From the human T2T-CHM13v2.0 reference genome, Homo sapiens: DNA of 64,000 bases. Shown here piece after piece: positions 52,872-64,000 of this stretch; within the stretch, counting starts at the first letter, position 1, and each line of letters starts with the position of its first letter. Under the pieces are notes generated by a model. That model was not told the origin of the DNA, searched no databases, and saw only the letters and a list, made by a program, of their open reading frames with translations. Made by a program: the position numbers and the translations under genes. The stretch lies in NCBI RefSeq assembly GCF_009914755.1, contig NC_060936.1. The stretch is one strand, 5' to 3'.

Positions 52872-53888
52872 TTACAATTTGGCATGTTTTTGCAGTGGCT
52901 GGTACCAGTTGTTCCTTTCCATGTTTAGAGCTTCCTTTAGGAGCTCTTTTAGGGCAGGCCTGGTGGTGACAAAATCTCTCAGCATTTGCTTGTCTGTAAA
53001 TTATTTTATTCCTCCTTCACTTATGAAGCTTAGTTTGGCTGGATATGAAATTCTGGGTTGAAAATTCTTTTCTTTAAGAATGTTGAATATTGGCCCCCAC
53101 TCTCTTCTGGTTTGTAGAGTTTCTGCCGAGAGATCAGCTGTTAGTCTGATGGGCTTCCCTTTGTGGGTAACCGGACCTTTCTCTCTGCCTGCCCTTAACA
53201 TTTTTTCCTTCATTTCAACTTTGGTGAATCTGACAATTATGTGTCTTGGAGTTGCTCTTCTCGAGGAGTATCTTTGTGGCATTCTCTGCATTTCCTGAAT
53301 TTGAATGTTGGCCTGCCTTGCTAGATTGGGGAAGTTCTCCTGGATAATATCCTGCAGAATGTTTTCCAACTTGGTTCCATTCTCCCCGTCACTTTCAGGT
53401 ACACCAATCAGAAGTAGATTTGGTCTTTTCACATAGTCCCATATTTCTTGGAGGCTTCGTTCGTTTCTTTTTATTCTTTTTTCTCTAAACTTCTCTTCTC
53501 ACTTCATTTCATTCACTTGATCTTCCATCACTGATACCCTTTCTTCCAGTTGATTGAATCGGCTACTGAGTCTTGTGCATTCATCACGTAGTTCTCGTGC
53601 CATGGTTTTCAGCTCCATCAGGTCCTTTAAGGACTTCTCTGCATTGGTTATTCTAGTTAGCCATTCATCTAATCTTTTTTCAAGTTTTTTAAGTTCTTTG
53701 CCATGGGTTTGAACTTCCTCCCTTAGCTCGGAGTAGTTTGATCGTCTGAAGCCCTCTTCTCTCAACTCGTCAAAGTCATTCTGCATCCAGCTTTGTTCCA
53801 TTGCTGGTGAGGAGCTGTGTTCCTTTGGAGGAGGAGAGGTGCTCTGGTTTTTAGAATTTTCAGTTTTTCTGCTCTGTTTTTTCCCCAT
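52872..53888 (-). pseudogene. L1 ORF1p (338 codons) with premature stops at 53499 and 53001
   Basis: MGKKQSRKTENSKNQS... and ...RPNLLLIGVPESDGENGTKLEN fragments in the ORF track. Confidence 0.95.
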
Positions 53889-54016
53889 CTTTGTGGTTTT
53901 ATCTACCTTTGGTCTTTGATGATGGTGACGTACAGATGTGTTTTTGGTGTGGATGTCCTTTCTGTTTGTTAGTTTTCCTTCTAACAGTCAGGACCCTCTG
54001 CTGCAGGTCTGTTGGA

Positions 54017-54145
54017 GTTTGCTGGAGGTCCACTCCAGACCCTGTTTGCCTGGGTATCAGCAGTGGAGGCTACAGAACAGTGGCTATTGGTGAACAGCAA
54101 ATGTTGCTGCCTGATCTTACCTCTGGAAGTTTTGTCTCAGAGGAG
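54017..54145 (-). promoter_or_regulatory. ~129-bp L1 5'UTR segment carrying the ZNF93 binding region (deleted in L1PA2/L1HS)
   Basis: Extra sequence between gtctgttgga and taccc relative to the L1HS 5'UTR. Confidence 0.75.
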
Positions 54146-54463
54146 TACCCAGCCGTGTGAGGTGTCAGTCTGCCCCTACTGGGGGGTTTCTCCCAGTTAG
54201 GCTACTTGGGGGTCGGGGACCCACTTGAGGAGGCAGTCTGCCCGTTCTCAGATCTCAAGCTGCATGCTGGGAGAACCACTACTCTATTCAAAGCTGTCAG
54301 ACAGGGACATTTAAGTCTGCAGAGGTTTCTGCTGCCTTTTCTTTGGCTATGCCCTGCCCCCAGAGGTGGAGCCTGCAGAGGCAGGCAGGCCTCCTTGAGC
54401 TGCAGTGGGCTCCACCCAGTTTGAGCTTCCTGGCCACTTTGTTTACCTACTCAAGCCTTGGCA

Positions 54464-54808
54464 ATGGTGGGCGCCCCTCCCCCAGCCCCTCTGCCGCCTT
54501 GCAGTTTGATCTCAGACTGCTATGCTATCAATGAGCAAGGCTCTGTGGGCGTAGGACCCTCTGAGCCAGGCGTGGGATACAATCTCCTGGTGTGCCGTTT
54601 GCTAAGACCACTGGAAAAGCGCAGTATTAGGGTGGGAGTGACCCAATTTTCCAGGTGCCATCTGTCACCCCTTTTCTTGGCTAGGAAAGGGAATTCCCTG
54701 ACCCCTTGCACTTCCCATGTGAGGCAAGCCTCGCCCTGCTTCGGCTCATGCTCGGTGCACTGCACCCACTATCCTGCACTCACTGTCCGGCAATCCCCAG
54801 TGAGATGA
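54464..54808 (+). CDS. L1 antisense ORF0, open 114 codons (expression unproven)
   Basis: MVGAPPPAPLPPCSLISDCYAINEQGSVGVGPSEPG... is homologous to L1 ORF0; strong Kozak gcaATGg. Confidence 0.6.
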   Translation: MVGAPPPAPLPPCSLISDCYAINEQGSVGVGPSEPGVGYNLLVCRLLRPLEKRSIRVGVTQFSRCHLSPLFLARKGNSLTPCTSHVRQASPCFGSCSVHCTHYPALTVRQSPVR

Positions 54809-55134
54809 ACCCGGTACCTTGGTTGGAAATGCAGAAATCATTCGTCTTTTGCATTGCTCACGCTGGGAGCTGTAGACTGGAGCTGTTCCTATTCGGCCAT
54901 CTTGGCTCCACCTCCGCGTTTTGTCTTATAAGAAAACAATAATCAGTTTGAGAATGGAATTTTTCTACTTATACACACACAGGCATGCATGCACACACTG
55001 GGGTTGGGAGGGTTTGTGTCTTCCATTATCTGAATGCAGTAGAGGATTGGGTAGCTGACCTCTGTTTTCATCTAGAGTTCCAGCTAATAATAGAAGTCCA
55101 CCACAGGGCTCACTGGGCCAGGCTCTTTTTCTTT

Positions 55135-55312
55135 CATCATCTCTTTTCTTCTTTCCAACAACCCTGTAAGGGTGGTACTGGTAGTCTTTCTATTTTATAG
55201 GCAAAATGCAAGGATCAGAGAAGTTGTGACTTGCTGAGGTTCACACAGCCAGTAAGTGGATATCCATCTGTCTGACTTCAAATTGAGGCTTTAAACTATT
55301 GTGCTCACTGCC
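55135..55312 (-). mobile_element. MIR SINE
   Basis: caacaaccctgtaagg...tattttataggc...gacttgctgaggttcacacagccagtaagtgg. Confidence 0.75.
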
Positions 55313-55904
55313 TGTGACTTCCTAAGAAGCCTGGAACCTCCCTTTTTTTTTCACTGGTTGATTCTCACTTTCTGCAGGGAAGTATGAAGGGTGGGGGTGG
55401 GCAGGAATGGCTGGGTGTACAGACTTTTCCTTCTCATCCTGAAGATCCATTGATTTCTTCCCTTGGCCAATCTTCTGCTACTGACACTTCCTGACACTAC
55501 TTTAATTTCTCTCTTTATGGCTCTGTTTATTCTACTTTGAATGTATCTCTAATTAAATCTTCCAAGGGGCATGAGGAGTAAGGAAATGACTTTCAAGGTG
55601 TTGAATGAAACTTCAGATATTGGCAGCAGCTGACAAGAGAAAAGGAGAGAGTGGGAGTCTTGGTCATTGGATTCATAAAAGCAAATCACACTTTGTAGTT
55701 TAATTTTAGACCTTTCCTTTCTATAGAAACAGCTCTTTCAAAGGTCATCAGTTTGATGAAGAATCCTTACTGCCATGTGCTAGGCCCTGCCCAGTGTGGA
55801 ACTAATTAACTGCATTGCAGATCTATTGCAGCTTGCGGCCCAGGAAGCCAAATGCCAGATCTGGAAGACAGCAGCCCTTTTATTCCTTTGCTGGGGCCCC
55901 ACCT

Positions 55905-55945
55905 CCACCTGTTGATATACTCACCACCTGTTGATATACTCACCA
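55905..55945 (+). repeat. Perfect 19-bp tandem duplication
   Basis: ccacctgttgatatactca x2 plus cca. Confidence 0.95.
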
Positions 55946-56694
55946 TGGGGTCATCGTTACCTTTGAACACTTATATATCTTTATGACATGTATGTTGCTT
56001 TATCTACAACTGCAGTGGTTAGTGTAATTGATCTATCTCTCTTATTGGACTGTGGGATCTTGGAAGGCCAGGACTGTCTGAGTCCACTCCAGATCTCCAG
56101 TGTGTTATATAGGGCCTAGTTCTTGGCAACTACTCCGGAGACTGGAGACAGACATTGAATTGGGAAAAGCCACATTGTAACAGGTGTCTAATTGTGCTGA
56201 TGAATGTGTTGTTTATTCTAGGATCACGACCCTTCATTCTCTATATCTTTCCTTTCTACTGGTTTTAGGTAAAAGAACAGGCATGCACAGTAAAGGAATA
56301 TTGCCTCTAAACTTTAATGTTTGGTTTACCTTCACAAGGAAGATAGCCCTACATCACCATCAACAGAGACTTATTTTATTTTTAGATGGTTTTAATAGTA
56401 GTTGCTTTGAGTGGGGTCTTGTTCTGGAAAATACTCTAGAGTTCATCATGTAATATATGGTTAGATGAAGAAGTATTATAAATCATTTTGTGATTCTGTA
56501 ATTCCATGGTAAACTAGATAATTTGCAAGTTTTAATTTATGGCCTCATAATTGGGTTGAAATCTCCCAGGGTTTTTGTGGACTAAATATTTGGGAAAAAC
56601 ATTGATTATCTCCTCTTAGGTTCTCCTTGTCTCCTCCTAGGTATCACATTATATCTGTCCTCACAGGCTTATGACAAGAAAGGCTCAATTGAAG

Positions 56695-56900
56695 CAGGCC
56701 ACATGGTGTAGTGAAAAGATCATCACCTTTGGGGTCAGACTAAATGCAAACTTTAGTTCAACCACTTAGGGATGTCACTCTGATCCTCAATTTTTAAACC
56801 TGTAAAATGTAGAGTGAAATATTCATTGCAGATGGTTTTGCAATGAGATAATATGTTAAAAGTGACTGACAAGCTCCAGTCAGTGCCCAATTAATGTAAA
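56695..56900 (+). mobile_element. MIR SINE
   Basis: atggtgtagtgaaaag...tttggggtcagac...ctgtaaaatg. Confidence 0.65.
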
Positions 56901-59900
56901 TCCTCTTCCTCCTCATTAGAACTAATATTATTTGGTATCTAAAATGTAAGAAATTCATCTGCTGTATTTAAATGGCAACATTTACACGATCCATCATAAT
57001 GATGAGAAGGATTTATATGAGTATAACAAAAGCTCTTTTTAAAATCTGGGTTTATTTTATGAAGATAGTGTTTAAACCTTTTATAAACTTTACTATGGAT
57101 GTATATAAATTCGTGAATATGCTGTTCTTTCCTTTACAAAAGGTTGAGTATCATGAGTTCCTTATTCTTAATGTAGTTTATGTTTTTATATTGTCATTTT
57201 TATCTTTAAAGCTTTAGCATTTTTTATTTCTTTTTCAGATTAATATTGTCAATGAAAACACGTAACCATTAAGAAGCGTAGTAGTAGGAATCGAAGACTT
57301 GAAAAAACTGTGAAAAGCAAAAAGCCAATTTAATTGCCTGGCTAGTGGGAATATAAATAATGAGCTAACATACTGAATTCCTCATTTTGGATGCTTTTGA
57401 AGGTGAACACTGTACACATTAGTCATATAATAGATTATAGATAGGAAACACCTAATTCCTTAGAGCTGAACCAAATCAGAAACATTTAAAAAGTGATTAT
57501 CTTGCTACCCAAAAAATACTGTATTGTGGAAATAGTATTTAATTATTTTCATTTAATAACTACATATAAATCTGAAGTGAATTTTTAAGGAAAAATATAG
57601 AAAATTATCTACCTTATCTCTTTCATTTGAAAGATCTGGTAGTAGGCTAATGAAAGAGAAAATAGCGGAACTGGCATATAAAATGAAGTGAAAGCAATAT
57701 AACCACAGAGAAGAGCAACCATAGAGAAGATATATATTCCCAATTATAAGGAAGCAGTCTCATTTTAATTTTGGCAAAAGTTATTTGCTATGATTAGCTC
57801 AAGGCTAAAGTAACTTTGTTTAGAACTGTATGATATCAGGATTCTAGAAAGCCATTCCTTGCAGAATTGGTCAGAGCTAGCTGTCTGTACTAGCATGTAT
57901 TGAATGTCCTGCTGTGGGTTATTGTTGGAACTGAGATGGGGCATATTCAATGTTCTGCTGGTCCAGCCAGTCTGCATCCAGAATTTAGATGACAGGAGAA
58001 TTCTGTGCAGGTTTGATGATGATCCTTCCCCTTTACACTTTGGGTCTTACATGATGGGCACTATTTAGCGAAGCTATTATGGTTGGAGGGGCCTTTATTG
58101 CAGAATGAACACAATCAGCAGAGGTAGAAAGATGAGAAAACACGTGGCTATTTGGGAAAAAATATATTTAGAAGTGAAAAAGCTATGTTATAAACTAAGA
58201 AGATTACCTGTTTGAATTTGGGAGTTGAGTACTAAAAGGGGTGTAGTGACACAACTCAAAATTGTTTTGGAGTGATGGTTGGAAAAGCCCTGAAGCAGGC
58301 ACGTAGAAGGCAGCAGTTTCCATGTTTACCACGTGCATATCCAAAGATTCCTGGTGCTATTCTCATCACCCTTCCAGATCTCAGAGCTGCAGGTTCAGGG
58401 AGAAGTTATAGAGTAGGATAAGTTTATCTTTAGTCAACGCCGTGTCCTTCCTTTTTGCTTCCTCCCTCAGCAGACACCCATTGTTCTGTGCTGGCCGTCC
58501 AGACCCTTTCACTGGCATGTCCACCTAACTTTGTCCTTACTAGCAGTGCGATGTCTTGAATGTTTGGTTATGGGAAAAGCTGTCTCAAAGAGTGTCTCAT
58601 GTGTGGCAGGCCATCAGGGGAGGCAGCTTTGGCTGAGGGGGAGGAAGAACGTGGGCTCCTCCTCTTAGAGCCAGCTATGCATTCAGGGGAGTGTTGGGCA
58701 TCTCCCCAGGAGGAGTCATGGTCACAGTGGGTGGTACATTTGTCTCCGTATCACAGGAAAGAGGCTGTAGGGTGAAGTTCATCACTTGCATGAGCATGGC
58801 TATTTTTTTGTCTGTGATGTACCGTCCTCTGAGCCTTATGGTGGGAGGGTGAAGCTAAGAGCCTGGAATAGAACTTGTCACCTTGAATACCCAATAGTAA
58901 TTGGTAGCCAGAGTGTATTTTGTGTTTGAGACCTATTTGATATTTGAGAGATTTTGGAATATAAGTGTTTTTTAGCTCTTTGTCTTGACAGACTGAGATG
59001 ATTAATGATATGTGATGTTTAAGGAGATAAAATGAACAAGGCTAGAATGTGTGTAGTTTTCCTGACAGGGGACTTTTAGAAGGCATTGGAGAAGCATGAA
59101 TATGTTTTTCTAAGTGACACCTTGGTGATTTGTCTTTCATCCTGACTGACAAATAAGAGACCTCCCAATCTCCTCACGAGGGCATTCTCTGGAGAATAAA
59201 CCGATTGCACGTTGCAATAGGCATGGCTCAGATTTAGGATTCTACTTACTTTTAAATCAAGTGGAGCTTTAGTTTCAGTTATTTCACTGTGAAAACCGAA
59301 AAACTGTGTTTGGAAAAGATTTCCTCCCTTCTATTTAAATGTCCTTTTTTCCTTGAAAGTTAAGCTTATTTTGAAAGAAAAAAGTGTTTAAGCCTCATGA
59401 TAAAGAAATTTTTCTGTAATTCTATGACTACTTTGCTGGAGATTAAAACCTCTTATTTGCAAGGAAACTTCATTAACCAAGGTAACAATCTTGGTGGAAA
59501 GCTTTTGAGGCACCCATAGAGTTAATAATTATTAGCATGCAAGTTCCTTTTGGGTGATCATCAGTCATTTTGGGTGTAGCTGGGAAGATGAGCAACATCA
59601 TCTGCTAACTGGGAGTTTCTCCCAGTTACAAACTGTGCCATTATTCTTAAGTTAGGAAGAATACTAAAATATCCTATTTTAATTTGTTGCCTCTGAGTGG
59701 AATAAATGAGATTCTTGAGGGGTCCCTGTTCATCATGTTTCTTGGTTATACTAGTTATTCCACTCTCACCCCTTGGAAAAAGAATGTTTCTGTGATAGTA
59801 TCCTGGGGAAAGGATAACGCTCTTATGGGAAATTTCACATAATCATCTATTCACACACACACGAATTATCAGGTGCTTCTACTTTGCAGGGCACCATGTT

Positions 59901-62769
59901 AAGTGTTGGGGGGAATAAAGAGGAAGGAATTAAGTTAGAAGCTGGGGGCTCTGGGTCAAGTTTATACAAAGAGATCACACTTAGCTTTTGTTACTTTACA
60001 AAGTCTCATTTCAAATATGTAATCCTTTCCTCTTTCCATATGTATATATATTTTACATCCTACATTTTTGTCCTTAGAGATTGAATTGGTAAGAAGATTG
60101 GAGATGTCAGTTTCAGGGCCTGCCAGCCTTGCCACTAAAGCTAATTATTTTACAGTGTGCAAATAATATGATTGGGGCGGGGGAGTGAAGAGAGAAAATG
60201 GAAAAGCATCTCAAGATGTGTAAGTATTCTTGGTCATCTCCATGTATCTTTTGCCTTTAATTAAAAATCAGGTTAACTTTATTTCTGGTATAAAATCAAT
60301 CTTTTTTATTGGGCAGTTATTGCTGAATTCTCCAATTTCAACTTATTCTTTTTACAGGCATCACAGTTAGACTGATGCTAGACTAACGTGTGTGAAATAG
60401 ATTTCTGGCAACTGAAATACCTAGGCCCATTTGGGAGAATATATTTTCAGTATATGTATGTTTCCCCAAATGTAACGCAGACTTCCATATTTAGAATACA
60501 TAAAAGGCAGTTCCAAAAGCACGTTGCAAAAGTGGAAAGGGGGAAAAAGCCAACACTCTATTTGTTAGCTATAACATTGCACAGAATTTCTATTCATAGA
60601 TAAGAAAAAAAATTCCTGCCTTTGGCCCCAAAAAATTAAGAAGAACAATAACAAAATTAAAAAAAAGAAAAAATCCCTCTTTGATTTTTTATCTTTTGTC
60701 AAAATAAATAACTAGCTTTGCTTTAAAATAATTTCCCTTCTTCCACATGTAAGTTGTTAAGTCTTTAAAAATGCACACAAAATGATAAAATTTTGTAAAG
60801 AAATAATTAACACCATCAATAAATTGCAATTATTGTGTGCTACAGTTTTTTAAATTAATTATCTAATACTGTCTGTGGAATAAAAAGCAGATCTTAAGTG
60901 AACACATTAAATTCAACACAACTTTGCTATTCAAGAAATTAATATTATAAGGGGTACATTTCTTTCATTGTCAAAAGAAAGTGGCTATTCAAATTTGAGG
61001 AAAAGGGTGTCCAGAGAATATTGTCAAATTATTGGCTAAATAGGCTTTTGCTTCTTTCTGTCTTAATTCAAGTTGCCTCCATAAAGAAGGATGTAGATTT
61101 GGACATGTGCTGTGTAGGGAAGGGCTCCTTCTCATGCAGCATTAAATCCGCTTCCATTTATCCCATGCCTTTTCTTTCCTTCTGCTCTCTTTTTTTCCAG
61201 GTGTTACTTAGATTAGCAGAGTGGTTGCACTGGGTGAAGAAGGAGAAACAGAGGGAACAACTGATGGTTCTTCTTGCCTTTGGCTTTTTAGCCGGGAGAA
61301 ACTAGCGAAGGAGATCTTCTGAAATTCATTATAAACTTCGAGAAACTTAGTAGTTTGCTGTCAAGGCAAATAACTAAGGCATATTTATATATTTTATGTT
61401 TCATATTTGACAATTTGGTGAAATAAGTATTTTAAATAGTCACATTTTGCTTTTGGTAATGTCTTTCCTGTTAATACATTCCAAAATGTATAGAAATTGG
61501 AGCAAAGTCCATGGATGACTAAGATCTATCTTAGGTCTTGGTTGGACCATCTGGATGGCCCTAATGAGCTTTCTGAAAGTCTTATAAGAGGACACAGGTG
61601 CATAAGACTGGCCAGGGGTACCCTTATTTCAGACCATGCCTGAGTACGTAGTAAACCCCATGGCAGGAAAAGAGGTGACACCCTCACTGCCAGGACAAGC
61701 TAGCTAATCGGTAATTCCCAAACATCTTGGTTCCGTTCTAACTATTGCAGGAGGAAAAAAGAACACATGATAAGAAATATTTAAAATGATATAAATGCTT
61801 TATATTGTGAGGGGGAAAAACCAGCAAAAATATTCTTAAAGCACTAATGTCTTATTTTTTTCTTTGAGTGGAGATTTATTATTGGGACTATTTTATTCAT
61901 TGGCAATGACAGAAAAAGTACTTAATGAACAAGTACTTTTCAAGGGTCTAAAGCTTAAATAAGCTTTTCAAGAGCCTAGAAAAAAACGTTTAAAAATTTA
62001 AATTCCTTTGTTGGCTCCAAAATTAAAACAACAATATCCTGAAAAATTGAGATTAATTGATATTTAATTTAAATATCTTTAAAATATAAAATTATATCAG
62101 TCTACTGCAATTCAACTTGTAAAATTATAAATAATTTCATAAATTATTTTAATACATTTGATATATTATGGGGGTGGTACTTCCAAAGTAAGAAGCACTA
62201 GATCTTTCAAATATCTTAAAATTTGGTGTGTGTGTGTGGGGATAGGGGTTGGGGGTGGCATAGGGTGCAGGGAGGAGAGGAAAAAGTTCTTAAAAGCTTT
62301 TGGCCAAAATTAAAAGTGGTATTGTTCAATATGATAATTTTCAAGAAACTCATATGCAATTTCCAAAAGTGCTGCTAAAGACCAAATTGTTTCTTTTTGA
62401 ACAAAGACCACAACTTAACTTTGAAATGATACATGGGATTAAATAGAAGTCGTGATGTACAACTCAAATAAGTTTCAGAGTTGGTAGTCATCATTCCCCA
62501 AGCAATGAGTTAGAAAATCTATTCTAATAATCATCATGAACATATGTGCAGATGTGCTTTCCTTGAAAATCAGATACATTGAAATTGGAATTCACAAAAT
62601 AGCTATGTTAAAGAGTTGCTTTATCAAACAATTCTTTGCTTTATAAAAGGGGTTTCTTGAAAATTAAGTCATTTTAAAGGAGCACACATGCTTGAAGCAT
62701 TTGTTTAGAAGCCACTGTCTAATTGGAGGGGGAAGAGATGGGGAGATGATTAGAGAATCACAAAGTCCA

Positions 62770-63084
62770 GGCTGGGGGTGGTGTGGCTCACCCCTGTAAT
62801 CCCAGAACTTTGGGAGGCTGAGGTGAGCAGATCGCTTGAGCCCAGTGGTTTGAGACCAGCCTGGGCAACATGGCGAAACCCTGTCTGTACAACAAACACA
62901 AAAATTAGCCAAGCCTGTTGATGCACACCTGTACTGCCGGCTACTCTAGAAGCTGAGGTGGGAAGATCAGCTGAGCTCAGGGAGGTTGAGGCTGCAGTGA
63001 GTCATGATCACGCCACTGCACTCCAGCCTGGCCGACAGAGTAAGACCCTGTCTCAAAATGAAAACAAAACCACCACCAAAATGA
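62770..63084 (+). mobile_element. AluJb-like
   Basis: Full dimer; perfect 18-bp TSD agagaatcacaaagtcca (62752-62769, 63085-63102). Confidence 0.95.
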
Positions 63085-63544
63085 AGAGAATCACAAAGTC
63101 CAAACCCAACGTGTCTAAAATTCAACCTGTTACCATCCAAAGCTGAACCTGTTGCCATCCTTCCTTACATCCTCTACTCATCCTATCCTCTTCCTTGCTT
63201 ACCTCAGTGCAAGACACTTTTGTTCACTCAGAGCCTAAGTCGCAAGACCCTCCCCCATCTCCCAGAAGTTCTCTTTGCTACTTCTTGCACAGTTACCAAT
63301 GAATTCTATTACCTGTGCCTCTCCCACTTGTCTTAAGTCTTGGAAGGAGATCTTTTTGCTATGTAGTTTTATTTCAGCAATCCTTTTTCCTATGGAAGGA
63401 TTTTTGCAATGAATCAGATGCTCCCAATATTTTCTTGCATTATCCTATAATTAATTCTTCCAGTTTTCTTGTAATGCAGATTATTCAGATTAGGAGCCAA
63501 GGCAGAGAGATTAGGGGCAGTGAAGGTTGGGATGTGTGAAGAGG

Positions 63545-63750
63545 TAATACACTAACATTTACTGAGTACCAGTTATGGTTGTGGCACTCTACTTGGTGCT
63601 TCGTATATTTTATCTGGTTTAATTCTTACAACCACTCTTGAGATAGAAATTATATCCCCTTTTACCAATGAGGAGGAAACTGAGCTTTAGGGGTTAAGAC
63701 ATGGGCTCAAAGTTGTATAAGCAGTAGGTGGTGAGGTTGGACTTGGGAGC
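63545..63750 (-). mobile_element. MIR SINE
   Basis: taacatttactgagtacc...ttaattcttacaacc...gaggaaactgag. Confidence 0.8.
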
Positions 63751-64000
63751 CTTCCTTCACTCTATTCCCTGTCAAGGAAACCAATGCTTAACATTAAAGT
63801 CTTTTGATTTCAATTCTAGTTTCCAAATGCCTTTATACAAGTATATACTTTTAATGAGTTAATATGTCTGGCAACAATTAGTAGAACGCATGTTTATAAC
63901 TAGTAATTGTTCTATTGATAGAGAACTCTATTTCAACATAAGGAATTTTGAAATGACTGTTTGCTTTAATTTGTTAAAATATTTCCTATTTCTTTGTTAA

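Overview
This is human (primate) genomic DNA: AT-rich, CpG-depleted and repeat-dense. An AluYb8 matching the consensus (a human-specific subfamily) identifies the species. I found no recognisable host protein-coding exon, RNA gene or CpG island. The only real protein homologies in the ORF track are retrotransposon-derived: disrupted ORF1/ORF2 and an open antisense ORF0 of a full-length L1PA4/5-like element at 48.75-54.9 kb, plus older L1/HAL1 fragments. The rest is a layered record of Alu, L1, HAL1, L2, MIR, MaLR (MLT1, THE1), ERVL (MLT2, LTR16/33-like) and DNA-transposon (MER20, MER5A, MER96B, MADE1) relics with microsatellites. Nearly all L1s lie on the minus strand and all long GT/CA tracts read (TG)n on plus, which suggests, but does not prove, an intron of a plus-strand transcription unit. 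I do not see a convincing new biological system. The best leads are: the open 114-codon ORF0 with an antisense promoter facing strong orphan splice acceptors; a very young AluYb8 forming an inverted Alu pair; an unexplained ~83-bp dispersed duplication; a mosaic L1 with an older element nested in a younger one; a THE1 LTR that has kept its CpGs; and a minisatellite arising from a MADE1 MITE. Subfamily names are recalled from consensus sequences, not from a RepeatMasker run, and boundaries of old repeats are approximate.
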